64,000 nucleotides of DNA from an uncultured Candidatus Saccharibacteria bacterium (GTDB lineage Bacteria; Patescibacteriota; Minisyncoccia; Phycocordibacterales; UBA918), in assembly GCA_964552045.1 (NCBI GenBank), contig CAZKFF010000005.1:34302-98301 (forward strand), in the 5' to 3' direction. Positions 1 through 9,590 of this stretch are shown here, piece by piece. Position 1 is the stretch's first letter. Each line of letters begins with the position of its first letter. The notes below the pieces were generated by a model. That model was not told where the DNA came from and ran no database searches. It was given only the letters and a program-made list of their open reading frames with translations. The position numbers were made by a program, and so were the translations under genes.

Positions 1-473
1 TGCAGAAGCATGACAACCGCAATGATCGCGGTAATGCCTACAAACGGCAGCGTACCATGCCTGAACGTTCCGATGAGCTTTTGCACTCCCGAGAGCCAGG
101 TTGCCATGTATATGATGAATCCGATCTTAAGGAGCTCCGCAGGCTGGAATGAGAAGCTCCCGAGCCGCACCCAGCGCTGCGCGCCGCCGTGCTCCATCCC
201 CAAGCCCGGAATGAATACACAAAGCGTAAGGAGGACCGTCGCAATAAAGATATAGAACGCGTACTTGCGCCAATTGCGGTAGAAGATCTGACTTGTGAGG
301 AACATCGCTATGCCGCCGCCGATGATTCCGAAAAATATCTGGCTGAATGCCACCGATGAGAAGCGTGCTCCTTCGCGTGCAAGCAGGCCGAGTGATGCGG
401 AAGAAAAGATGAAAAAGCCCGCGACAACCAGGAGAAGAATAATGCTCAGCAATGTGCGGTCCACTTTTCCCAT
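1..473 (-). CDS. ftsW: FtsW/RodA SEDS peptidoglycan polymerase, 3' end outside window
   Basis: Manual translation from ATG at 473: MGKVDRTLL...GGAQRW...SFQPAELLK (SEDS motif); directly downstream of mraY. Confidence 0.9.
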   Translation of the reverse strand, partial: MGKVDRTLLSIILLLVVAGFFIFSSASLGLLAREGARFSSVAFSQIFFGIIGGGIAMFLTSQIFYRNWRKYAFYIFIATVLLTLCVFIPGLGMEHGGAQRWVRLGSFSFQPAELLKIGFIIYMATWLSGVQKLIGTFRHGTLPFVGITAIIAVVMLL

Positions 474-474
474 A

Positions 475-1533
475 TCAAACGATCGAAGCGAAGATAATCC
501 CCAATATCGCGCAGATCATGCTGATGATCCAGTACCGCATCGTGACCTTGTATGAAGGCCATCCGATGGCCTCGAAGTGGTGATGCAAAGGCGCTATCCT
601 GAATAGCTTCCTTCCGGTGGCCTTCCGAAAACTGATCTGCAGCACGTTCGAGAGTACTGTGGCAATAAGCGGCAAGCCGATGACCGCGAAAAGCGATATA
701 CCATGCCCGTCACCGAGGTTGTCCGTCATCACCACGACCACGGACAGCGTGAGCGTGAGCGCCATGGAACCGGTCTCTGTCATCCAGAAGCGCGCAGGGG
801 GAATATTGAACCACGTGAACGCAAGTATGGCTCCGGTTATCGTCGCGCACAAAGCAGCGAGCTCGTACTGCTGTTGGATCATGGCAACTCCAGCGTATGA
901 AGAGAAAATAGCGGCAAAGACTCCTCCGGAGAGACCGTCGATGCCGTCGATGACGCCGCTCGCATACAGCGCATTGGTGAGCAGTATGAAGAACGGAATG
1001 ATGAGTATGCCGACCTCAAGCGAACCGTCGAACGGGATGCCGATGCTTGTGACGCCGAGCTTCTGGTAGAACCACCAGCCGATAATTCCTGCAAGCAGTG
1101 AAATGATGATGATGCGCCGCGAGAGTCGAATGCCTTTGCCGTTATGCACCACATCATAGAAATCATTGAGGAAACCGATAGCGGCGCCAATGATGAGTGT
1201 ACAGAGCGGTATCCACGTCTGTTCACGGCTGAAGAAGTCAAGATTGGCGAATACGACCTGCGGGAACAGGCGTTCAACAGCAAAGAGCACGATTACCGTC
1301 AGAAGCACACTGCCCCAGATAATGATGCCGCCCATACGCGGGGTCTTCGTCTCGCCGTCGCCTTTGAGTCGGTTGAACTCGACAGCCTCCGTCCCGTTGA
1401 GCGCTATCTTCCCTCCCGTTTTTTTCCAGACCTTATACGTATACAAGTAGTGCGTCAAAACGGGTGTGATGAGAATCCCGATAATGAAAGCAGTTGTTGC
1501 CGGTACGAGTATTTTAATGATCGCAAGTTCCAT
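475..1533 (-). CDS. mraY: Phospho-N-acetylmuramoyl-pentapeptide transferase
   Basis: KTPRMGG, DGIDGL and APLHHHFE motifs; multiple TM helices. Confidence 0.95.
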   Translation of the reverse strand: MELAIIKILVPATTAFIIGILITPVLTHYLYTYKVWKKTGGKIALNGTEAVEFNRLKGDGETKTPRMGGIIIWGSVLLTVIVLFAVERLFPQVVFANLDFFSREQTWIPLCTLIIGAAIGFLNDFYDVVHNGKGIRLSRRIIIISLLAGIIGWWFYQKLGVTSIGIPFDGSLEVGILIIPFFILLTNALYASGVIDGIDGLSGGVFAAIFSSYAGVAMIQQQYELAALCATITGAILAFTWFNIPPARFWMTETGSMALTLTLSVVVVMTDNLGDGHGISLFAVIGLPLIATVLSNVLQISFRKATGRKLFRIAPLHHHFEAIGWPSYKVTMRYWIISMICAILGIIFASIV

Positions 1534-1539
1534 ATGTAT

Positions 1540-2568
1540 TTATTCTGTCGTTTCTAATGCCATGTATTTTTGGGTCTCGGCAACGAGGGTCATAATATCA
1601 GTAAACCGGTCCTGCTGGGTTGAACCGAGTACAACTGCAGCGACAGGACGGTTGAGGCCCGCATTGAAGGCAACGACAAGATTACCCCCGGCGAGGTCTG
1701 TATAGCCCGTCTTTGACCCGATAAGACCCGGTATCTTGTTGACATAGTAATTGGTATTCTCCGCATCGTGAAATTCCCCTGTTTTGCTGTACACGCGTGC
1801 CTGATCTTCCCTGGTGAACGTGAGGATATCCGGCTCATTGCGGACGATATATTCCATCAAAAACGCCACATCGCGCGCTGATCCGTACGCCCCGCCTTCT
1901 GTCGGAGAGAGGTCGAGACCTGTCGGGTTTTTGAAATAGGTCTCATGGAGTCCGAGCTCCTTCGCACGAAGATTCATGGCATCAACGAATGTGTATGCGC
2001 CGGAATCCGGCGAGAGCAGATTGCCAGCGGCCGCGGCAAGCGCGAACGCACCATCATTGGAGGAAGACATCAATACCAGGTCCGACAGCGTAAGACGGTC
2101 GAACACCTCTCCTTCCAAAAAGCCGCTGTCCCCGTCTTGTTTGATGGACATGCCTTTTATCTCAACCTGATCTGATTCCTCGAGCACCTCGTTGGCCACC
2201 AATGCGGTCATGAGTTTGGTAATGGATGCCAAGGGAAGCTGCGCCGATTCCTCCTTTTTATAGAGCACTTTCTGGTTCTGGATATCCCAGACGTACGCAG
2301 CTTTTGCTGTTATGCTGATGTCCGCAAACGGCAGCGCGCTTTCGTCACTATCTGCGGCTGCATCATCTGGGACGGTGCTCTGTGCGGTCGACGCCGGTGC
2401 CGCATCGGAATCTTTCAGCAGGGAGATAAGCACGGGTGTTATTGTTCCGGCAAAGATGCACACCAGGATCGCACCAAGTATGAAAAGCTGCTGCGTCACC
2501 GGCAAGCCGCTGCGCTGCGGAGCGTTCGGGTCAAAATCAAGTATGTCGTTGTTGTCTTCTTCTGGCAT
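1540..2568 (-). CDS. D-Ala-D-Ala carboxypeptidase (peptidase S11), N-terminal membrane anchor
   Basis: SxxK (ASITK), SxN (SSN) and KTG (SKTGYT) motifs. Confidence 0.9.
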   Translation of the reverse strand: MPEEDNNDILDFDPNAPQRSGLPVTQQLFILGAILVCIFAGTITPVLISLLKDSDAAPASTAQSTVPDDAAADSDESALPFADISITAKAAYVWDIQNQKVLYKKEESAQLPLASITKLMTALVANEVLEESDQVEIKGMSIKQDGDSGFLEGEVFDRLTLSDLVLMSSSNDGAFALAAAAGNLLSPDSGAYTFVDAMNLRAKELGLHETYFKNPTGLDLSPTEGGAYGSARDVAFLMEYIVRNEPDILTFTREDQARVYSKTGEFHDAENTNYYVNKIPGLIGSKTGYTDLAGGNLVVAFNAGLNRPVAAVVLGSTQQDRFTDIMTLVAETQKYMALETTE

Positions 2569-2577
2569 ATCGCTTCA

Positions 2578-3111
2578 CTATGTGTTCTCTTGTTCCTGCT
2601 GCGCTTCGAATTTTTCGAGCTGGTCAAGCACTGCCGCATAATTGGGCAGCTCTGTCTTCTGTGCGATACCCAAGTGCGACAAGAGAGCGGGAGTGACGGA
2701 AAATACGGCCGCGTTCTTTTCCATTTCACGCTCGATGAGGCCGCGAATAAGGAGATTGCGGAGGATGAATGATGAGTTCACTCCACGGATACGGTCTATC
2801 TCTGCGCGCGATATCGGGCCGCGATACAGGATGATGGCAAGCGTCTCTGCGCCAGCCTTCCCGATATCGCGCTTCATCTCGTCCTTCCGCACCGTTTCAA
2901 TGAGCTCATCGAGTTCTGGAGCGGTTGCAAGCTGCACTTCGGTTTCGGTAGTTATGAGGCGTACGGCGCCCTGCTGCAAGCGGGAAGAGAGCTGTTGCAG
3001 CGCTTCATTGAGCGCAGTCTCGTCCACACTAAAAGTCTTGCACAAGGCACTTTTCTTCACAGGCGATGCTTTATAGAAAAGCAGCCCTTCAATCTGCACA
3101 GACAGCTCCAT
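2578..3111 (-). CDS. scpB: SMC-ScpAB subunit ScpB
   Basis: ETLAIILYRGPISRAEIDRIRGVNS. Confidence 0.95.
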   Translation of the reverse strand: MELSVQIEGLLFYKASPVKKSALCKTFSVDETALNEALQQLSSRLQQGAVRLITTETEVQLATAPELDELIETVRKDEMKRDIGKAGAETLAIILYRGPISRAEIDRIRGVNSSFILRNLLIRGLIEREMEKNAAVFSVTPALLSHLGIAQKTELPNYAAVLDQLEKFEAQQEQENT

Positions 3112-3154
3112 TGCGCTAGTATAGCAAGAAAATACAATGTTTTCTCCTGTGCTG

Positions 3155-3898
3155 TTAGTAGTACCGCGGAGCCCCGACCTTCTCCTTTTCTATATGTATA
3201 TCCTCAAATTTTCCGGCCTGCGCCACGAGGATGCTGCCCTGCTTCACGGACTCAAGGATAGCGAGAAATCCCACGATCACATGTGCTTTTTCGCTATTAT
3301 CGCTGATGAGTTCACTGAACTTGAGCTTTACCTGCTTTTCTATGCGTTCGTGAAGCCGTTCTATCATTTCCTCGAGAGAGATGACCTTCCGCACTTTGAC
3401 CTTGGGCTTTTCCTCCTTCTTTGGAAGATTCTGGAGCACATCCTCAATGGCCGTTTTCAGTGGGTCGAGCGATGTGTAGGAGTCGGTCACAAACAGCGGT
3501 TCTGACGCCGGAAAGAACTGCCGTTCATGCATGACTGTCGTGCCGAAGAGCGCTTCAATGTCCTTTGCGATGTTCCGGTACAGCTGGTAGCGCTTGAGCC
3601 GCACCTCAATGTCATCGATCCCCTCCTCCTCTTCTTGGGTGAGTTCAAGGATCGGCAGAAGCGATTTGGATTTGATGAGGAGAAGCGTCGCTGCAAGCGT
3701 GATGAACTGCGCGGTGTTCGGCAGCGAAAGCTCCTGCATAATGGAGACCTGCCGCATATATTCATCCGTTACTGATGCAAGCGAAATATCGTTGATGAGA
3801 AATTTGCGCCTTTCTACAAGATCGAGCAAGAGTTCAAGCGGTCCTTCGAACGCCTGTGTTTTGATGGAGATGGTTTCTATGTCCAGTATCTGGCTCAT
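3155..3898 (-). CDS. scpA: SMC-ScpAB kleisin ScpA
   Basis: FEGPLELLL, LLIKSKSLLP, FLAILE. Confidence 0.95.
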   Translation of the reverse strand: MSQILDIETISIKTQAFEGPLELLLDLVERRKFLINDISLASVTDEYMRQVSIMQELSLPNTAQFITLAATLLLIKSKSLLPILELTQEEEEGIDDIEVRLKRYQLYRNIAKDIEALFGTTVMHERQFFPASEPLFVTDSYTSLDPLKTAIEDVLQNLPKKEEKPKVKVRKVISLEEMIERLHERIEKQVKLKFSELISDNSEKAHVIVGFLAILESVKQGSILVAQAGKFEDIHIEKEKVGAPRYY

Positions 3899-3927
3899 AC
3901 GGACATAGTACCACGGGAAGCCGCTGT

Positions 3928-5163
3928 CTAGATGATGAATCTGCCGTTCTTGTATATGACCACTTCAGAGCCGTCGTACAGCGTCGCCGTTGCGGTCCGA
4001 TTGGTTGTCGAGACGATGTCCGAGTGGACCACAGACTGATTGTAGCCGAGTGTATTCCAGCGCTTCTCACTCACCTTCTTCGGATCACCGACGTAACAGT
4101 CGCGGTAGGCGCTACCGAGCGCGACATGCGTATTGCCGTACTTCCCTCCCATATTTTCATCGTAGAGGATCTCGGCCATGCTTTTGGTGATACGCGACAG
4201 CCGCGCGTCGGTGAGCGAAAATTCACCGAGATAATTACCGCCTTCTGTCTTCAGCATGCTCTTGAGCAGATCATGGTTCCTGCTTGCTTTCGATTTGATG
4301 ACCTTTCCGTCCTTGAACGTGAGCTCGATGCCCTCGATCTTCTTGCCGTAGCGGTAGTGTGGCTGGTTGAAGCGCGCCCATCCATTGACCTCGCGGAAAT
4401 TGGGCGACGTGAATACTTCGTAGGACGGGATGTTATTTCCGCCTCCGGCGCGCCATGCGCGGTCTTTGCCGATGCCGATGTGCAGATCGATGTCCTCGCC
4501 CTCTATGTGGACTGACTTGATCTGCATGTCAGTGAGCTTCTTGGCCGTTGTCTGGACGATCTTGTTGATTGTGTGCCATTGCGCAACCGGGTCTTTTTTG
4601 TCGAGGTAGCACGCCTTGATGATCTGGTCCCAGAATTCCCTGCCGGTCATGCCGGCTTCTTTGGCACCTTCGTTCGTGCCATACAGCGCCAGCGTCCACG
4701 TCATCTCTCCTGCGTCGATCTTCTTGAACTTCCATTCCTTCACTCGTTTGAGGGCCGCTGAGCGCTTGAGTATCTTCTTGGAATCGACTGCGTTGAGTGC
4801 ATGCGGGTCTGTATCAGCAAGGATAGCGATGCTGCAATCGACTTGATCAATGAGGCCTCTGTAATACTTGTCGGCGAAGAACTCGATCTGATCATGTTTG
4901 GCATGGTCAAAGAAGTTCTTGTCGAAATTGTAATCCTTGTCGTTGTTGGGTATGAACACGCCCAAGGGGTTATAGCCGTTTTTGAGGATCTCCGCCTGCA
5001 AATGGAAATAGAGCGGTTTGGCCACTTCCGGCACAACGAACTGCACGACACTCCCCCTTTTTGGTTTTTTCCCGTCGCGTGACTGCAGTCCGAACTGCAC
5101 GATAAGCTGGGCGTACTTCTGAAGGATCTCCGGCTTTGGTGTGTATGATTGTTGCATGGTCAA
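3928..5163 (-). CDS. Thermophilic-type metalloaminopeptidase (M29, AmpS/AmpT)
   Basis: NIPSYEVFTSP, LGEFSL, LYDEN, HVALG and SVVHSD motifs. Confidence 0.9.
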   Translation of the reverse strand: MTMQQSYTPKPEILQKYAQLIVQFGLQSRDGKKPKRGSVVQFVVPEVAKPLYFHLQAEILKNGYNPLGVFIPNNDKDYNFDKNFFDHAKHDQIEFFADKYYRGLIDQVDCSIAILADTDPHALNAVDSKKILKRSAALKRVKEWKFKKIDAGEMTWTLALYGTNEGAKEAGMTGREFWDQIIKACYLDKKDPVAQWHTINKIVQTTAKKLTDMQIKSVHIEGEDIDLHIGIGKDRAWRAGGGNNIPSYEVFTSPNFREVNGWARFNQPHYRYGKKIEGIELTFKDGKVIKSKASRNHDLLKSMLKTEGGNYLGEFSLTDARLSRITKSMAEILYDENMGGKYGNTHVALGSAYRDCYVGDPKKVSEKRWNTLGYNQSVVHSDIVSTTNRTATATLYDGSEVVIYKNGRFII

Positions 5164-5169
5164 AAAAGT

Positions 5170-6546
5170 TTAGCGCTTTTCAATGTTGACATCATCGTCT
5201 ATGTCTACTGTCTCAGAAGCAGATGAAAGTAATGTGTCGATACGGTTGATGTCGCGCGGGAACAATGATGCCTCTTTGACGTTGCCGAGATTGAGCATCT
5301 TCATAGTGAGGCGTTCGAGTCCCATGCCGATGCCTCCGTGTGGAGCAATGCCATATTTGAATGCCTGCAGATAGAACTCGAATTTGTCAGGATCAAGACC
5401 TTTGCTTTTGAGACGCTCCACGAGCTCGTTGTAGTCATGCACACGCTGTGCGCCTGAGCACATCTCCAGTCCTCGGAAGAGCATGTCGAAACTTCTTGTG
5501 TACTGCGGATCCTCCGGTTTGATGTGTGTATAGAACGGCCGTTTCGAGGTTGGGAATTCCGTGATGAATACGAAATCCGACCCAAAGTGCTTCGCAGCAT
5601 AGTCACACAAGAACCGTTCATCTTCAGGTTCAAGATCTGGCTCACTGGTCTTATCTTCCCCCGTTTCCTTTCTGATGAGTTCTTGTGCTTCGCGCAGCGT
5701 CATTGTCGGGAACGTTTCAGGCGCCAGAGGTGCAGCGATACCGAAGAGTTCAAGTTCTGCCTTGTTCTCTGTGGCCACCTGTGTGCAGATATACCGCATG
5801 AGCTTCGTGACCAGCGCGATGACGTCCATATGACTTTCGATGAAGCCCATCTCCAGATCGAGCATGGCGATCTCACTCATGTGGCGCGTGGTTGCACTTT
5901 TTTCCGCCCGAAAGGTGGCGCCGACAGAGAAGACGCGCTCGAACACGCCAACCATGATCTGTTTGTAGAGCTGCGGACTCGTTGCGAGGTATGCGTGTTT
6001 CTCGTTGAAATACGAAACCTTGAACACCTCCGCTCCCCCTTCGGCATCACCGCCGACAAGCTTCGGCGCCTGGAATTCAATAAATCCCTCCTGTGTGAGA
6101 AAATCGCGGTACGCTTTAAGTATCGTGTGCTGTACTTTGAAGATCGCCCGCTCTTTTTTGCGCCGCAGTGTGATCGGGCGGTAATCGAGCAGTGTATCGA
6201 GGTTGAGTTCCCCGTCGAGGTCAAATGGCAGGGCTTCTGCAAGATTGAGTATCGCAATTCCGGTTATCTCGAGCTCAATATCGCCATTCTGTGCTGAAGC
6301 ATTGACCATTTTTTCAGGACGTTTGTTAATGATGCCGGTTATGGCAACTGCCGACTCTGCCTTTAGCTGTTGCGCTGTCTCCAGCACTTCAGGCTTGCCG
6401 AATACCACGCCCTGGATGGTTCCTGTCCGGTCGTAGAAATCGAAAAAGGCCATTTTCCCCTGGAATCGTGCTACTGCGACGCTTCCCTTGATGGTTATCT
6501 CTTCTCCAATATGCTCATGAAGTGAGCCAATAAGTATTCGTTCCAT
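5170..6546 (-). CDS. aspS: Aspartyl-tRNA synthetase, short archaeal/non-discriminating type
   Basis: OB fold, SPQLYKQ, FRAEKS.T.RH, PHGGIGMGLER; no GAD insert. Start moved to MERILIG at 6546 because the upstream extension is the T-box leader. Confidence 0.92.
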   Translation of the reverse strand: MERILIGSLHEHIGEEITIKGSVAVARFQGKMAFFDFYDRTGTIQGVVFGKPEVLETAQQLKAESAVAITGIINKRPEKMVNASAQNGDIELEITGIAILNLAEALPFDLDGELNLDTLLDYRPITLRRKKERAIFKVQHTILKAYRDFLTQEGFIEFQAPKLVGGDAEGGAEVFKVSYFNEKHAYLATSPQLYKQIMVGVFERVFSVGATFRAEKSATTRHMSEIAMLDLEMGFIESHMDVIALVTKLMRYICTQVATENKAELELFGIAAPLAPETFPTMTLREAQELIRKETGEDKTSEPDLEPEDERFLCDYAAKHFGSDFVFITEFPTSKRPFYTHIKPEDPQYTRSFDMLFRGLEMCSGAQRVHDYNELVERLKSKGLDPDKFEFYLQAFKYGIAPHGGIGMGLERLTMKMLNLGNVKEASLFPRDINRIDTLLSSASETVDIDDDVNIEKR

Positions 6547-6559
6547 GATGTTCTCTGCA

Positions 6560-6765
6560 GGAACGAATAATCGCCCCTGCCAATATATTATTACTAATAC
6601 ATGTGCAGGGGCGATTCCTATCAGTGCGATAAGCCGCGGTGCCACCCTACTTCCCCGACCTTTGACGCCGGGCTTTATTTCGACCGCGCGATATCGGGCG
6701 CATCCCGGAAAGCCGTCAGGACTTTCAGACCTCCGCAGTTGTCAGCTGCATCATCGGCTTCTGTA
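6560..6765 (-). promoter_or_regulatory. T-box riboswitch leader of aspS
   Basis: AGGGTGGCACCGCG at 6648-6635; antiterminator GGG[UGGCACC]GCG...CGCCCC; competing 12-bp hairpin 6569-6580/6605-6616. Confidence 0.85.
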
Positions 6766-6777
6766 CTATAGCGCAGT

Positions 6778-7716
6778 TCAGAGCGCAATGCCAATTGCAT
6801 TTCGCACCGCTACTGTCTTGGTATGAGAGATCGTTCGTGCTCTCTCTTCGCCGTCGCGCAGCACGCGTGCCACATCGTCTCCGGTGATGTTCGCCCGTTT
6901 TTCACGCAGGGGTGCAACAAACGATTCGATATCTTCAATGAGTGCCTCTTTGAGATTCTTATATTTTCCCGTATGTTCCTCATACAATGGGATGAGCTCC
7001 GCTTCTTTGCGGAAGAGCGTATGGATCGCATAGACATGCTCCGGACGTTCGCCGGATGAGTCGGTGACGATGCTCATAACCGCTTTGCTGATCTCATCTT
7101 TCGTGCCGAAGAGCGGAATGGTGTTCTTGTAGCTTTTGCTCATCTTCTGTCCGTCCGTTCCCGGGACCACCCCAACACCTTTCAGGATCTTCTCCTGCGG
7201 TGCTTTGAGAATTGCTGTATAGGCATTGTTGAACTTCATCGCTGCCTCGCGTGCATACTCAACATGCTGGCGCTGGTCTTCCCCAACGGGAACCACATCC
7301 GTGTCATACAGCAGAATATCGGCAGCCATGAGCATCGGATAGGTGAACAATCCCGCATTCGGCTCAAGCCCCTTGGCAACTTTGTCCTTATAGGAATGCG
7401 CCTGCATCAAAAACGGAACGGTCACCTGACAGTTGAGTATCCATGCAAGTTCAGTATGGTCCTGGTTGCCTGACTGCTTGAACAGTACCGCCTTACTCGG
7501 ATCAACGCCTACGGCGAGGTAATCCTTCACGATATTGATGATATTCTCATGCAGCGCAGCACCATCTTTGAGGGAGGTAAGTGCATGGAGGTCGGCGACC
7601 ATCAAAAAACTCTCGTAGTCCTCATAGATATCCAAGAAGGGCTTTAGTGAGCCAAAATAATTGCCGATATGCAGTGTTCCGGATGGCTGTAGCCCAGTAA
7701 ATAAGCGCTTTTTCAT
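6778..7716 (-). CDS. trpS: Tryptophanyl-tRNA synthetase
   Basis: GLQPSG.LHIGNY, YPMLMAADIL, VPVGEDQ, KMSKS. Confidence 0.97.
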   Translation of the reverse strand: MKKRLFTGLQPSGTLHIGNYFGSLKPFLDIYEDYESFLMVADLHALTSLKDGAALHENIINIVKDYLAVGVDPSKAVLFKQSGNQDHTELAWILNCQVTVPFLMQAHSYKDKVAKGLEPNAGLFTYPMLMAADILLYDTDVVPVGEDQRQHVEYAREAAMKFNNAYTAILKAPQEKILKGVGVVPGTDGQKMSKSYKNTIPLFGTKDEISKAVMSIVTDSSGERPEHVYAIHTLFRKEAELIPLYEEHTGKYKNLKEALIEDIESFVAPLREKRANITGDDVARVLRDGEERARTISHTKTVAVRNAIGIAL

Positions 7717-7753
7717 ACAGTTAATACTACCAAAAGCAGAGCCTTTTATAAAG

Positions 7754-9433
7754 TTACATTTGGAGCGGCAAATGCAATGTGAATGTGGATCCCTTACCCT
7801 CGCCTTCTGACATAGCAGTGACGTCGCCCCCCATCTCCTGTGCTATCTTGCGGGCTATATAGAGCCCTAAACCGGTACCAGTGACATTGACCGCGTTGGC
7901 ATTATGTGCGCGCTCGAATTTTTCAAACATGTCATCAATGGTCTGCGGAGACATGCCTATGCCAGTATCGGAGATATCGACATATATGAGTTTCTTCTTC
8001 GGGTCGTCGTACACAGAGATGCGGATGGTTCCTCGCTGTGTGTACTTCAGCGCGTTGTTGACGAGGTTGTCAATGACCTGCCGTGTTTTTCCGATGTCAG
8101 CATGAACAATGCCCTTCTTGCTGAGATCCGACTTAAAGGTGAGCAGCAGACCCTTCTTCATGGCCAACTGTCGCGTGTCGTCGGCAACTTGCTGTGCAAG
8201 ATTCTTCAGATTGAAGTCAGAGTATTCATACTTCATATTTCCAGCCTGAATGCGTGACACGTTGAGGTAGTCCTCAACTGAGGTTGCCATGAACCTGCTC
8301 GATTCGCTGATGCGCTCAACTGCGCTCCGCGCTTTCTGCGGCAAATTGCCGTACGAGCCTTCAAGCAGCATGGATGTGTAGCCACGAATGGATGTGAGCG
8401 GACTGCGGAGCTGATGCGATGCAATAGAGACGAATTCCGATTTCATCTTGTCGAGAACCTTCAGACGTTCATTGGCCTTCTCGAGCTTCTGTGCCAGCTT
8501 CTCGATCTCTTCTTTCTGCCGCACAGTACGCCGGACGCTTCGAATGAGTATGAAGCCAATGACCACAGCAGCAAGGAGGGTGAACCCGGCAACAAGGCGA
8601 GTCGCGTCTGAATGGGCAACGAGCAGAAGCGATCCGACAAGCACCCACAGTATCACTACAAATGCCTGCGTTCCGATGACATTGAGATTGTAAATCTTAT
8701 ACTGAACTATCTGGTAGCCCAAAAGGAGGAGAAAGATGACCATCCCCAATGGGCCGATGAGATTGATCTCATAGGTCTTCGTGAGTTCGGCTGCGACATT
8801 ACTGAGCCAGAATACGAACAGAAAGGCCGACAGGCCGATGGTGGTGAGCAGTACTTGCTGTCTGCGCGCCACTGTTTTGATCTGGAATGTCCGCAATGCT
8901 CCATAGAGTGCAATGGCCCCAATGATCACCGGCTCAAGCCCGTAGTAGATGAAACCCCACAATAGGCCGACCACCCCTTCACAATTGTATGCATCATACT
9001 GTGCGATATTCAGGGTCGTCGGTGTAAGAAACGCCACAAGAATGAATGGGAACCCCAGTATCCATTTGACGAACCATGGCACATCCTTTTCCTCAACAAA
9101 GACGAGGAAGAAGTAGAGACAAAGCACATAGAATGCAACTTCGAGCATGGCAGTGAGCTGCCATCCGAACAACAGAATCGTGTGATAGGAAGCCACCCAC
9201 TGAACAAGGATATTAATGATCCAGAGGGCAAATGCCGCAGAGAGTGCAAGAAGGAGCCTGCTTCGAAGCGAACTGTTGTCGCGCTTGAGTATGAGTATCG
9301 AGAGCGCAAGCGAAACGAGCGTGATCGGGATATATGCATAAAAAAGTAACGCCGGCGCTGTGGAGAAATCAAACACCAGAAAGTGCGGAATCTCTTCACC
9401 GCAGATGGGTCCAAAATCACTCAGTGTCATCAT
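7754..9433 (-). CDS. Multi-TM (HisKA-7TM-like) sensor histidine kinase
   Basis: About 8 hydrophobic N-terminal segments; SHQLRSPL H-box; NNALKY, DTGIG and GTGLGL boxes; probable start 9433 or 9430. Confidence 0.92.
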   Translation of the reverse strand: MMTLSDFGPICGEEIPHFLVFDFSTAPALLFYAYIPITLVSLALSILILKRDNSSLRSRLLLALSAAFALWIINILVQWVASYHTILLFGWQLTAMLEVAFYVLCLYFFLVFVEEKDVPWFVKWILGFPFILVAFLTPTTLNIAQYDAYNCEGVVGLLWGFIYYGLEPVIIGAIALYGALRTFQIKTVARRQQVLLTTIGLSAFLFVFWLSNVAAELTKTYEINLIGPLGMVIFLLLLGYQIVQYKIYNLNVIGTQAFVVILWVLVGSLLLVAHSDATRLVAGFTLLAAVVIGFILIRSVRRTVRQKEEIEKLAQKLEKANERLKVLDKMKSEFVSIASHQLRSPLTSIRGYTSMLLEGSYGNLPQKARSAVERISESSRFMATSVEDYLNVSRIQAGNMKYEYSDFNLKNLAQQVADDTRQLAMKKGLLLTFKSDLSKKGIVHADIGKTRQVIDNLVNNALKYTQRGTIRISVYDDPKKKLIYVDISDTGIGMSPQTIDDMFEKFERAHNANAVNVTGTGLGLYIARKIAQEMGGDVTAMSEGEGKGSTFTLHLPLQM

Positions 9434-9587
9434 ATGTTTCTGCTGCGTCTTCAAGATAGACGGTCTCCATTGTCTGCAGAACGAACGTCTGGTAATACGT
9501 TGCTGCAATGCTCAGAACCGTCACGAGAAAAATGACTGCAGCAATTGCAAAGTTGTTATATCGATCGAAGTCTTTTGTGTGGATCAT
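9417..9587 (-). CDS. Small single-TM protein (56 aa), absent from ORF track
   Basis: MIHTKDFDRYNNFAIAAVIFLVTVLSIAATYYQTFVLQTMETVYLEDAAETYDDTE; starts 3 nt after the ligase stop and overlaps the kinase start. Confidence 0.65.
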   Translation of the reverse strand: MIHTKDFDRYNNFAIAAVIFLVTVLSIAATYYQTFVLQTMETVYLEDAAETYDDTE

Positions 9588-9590
9588 AGT

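Noticed and set aside
6547-6645. N-terminal extension of AspRS from the ORF track
   Set aside because: Overlaps the T-box antiterminator and hairpin; the true start is most likely 6546
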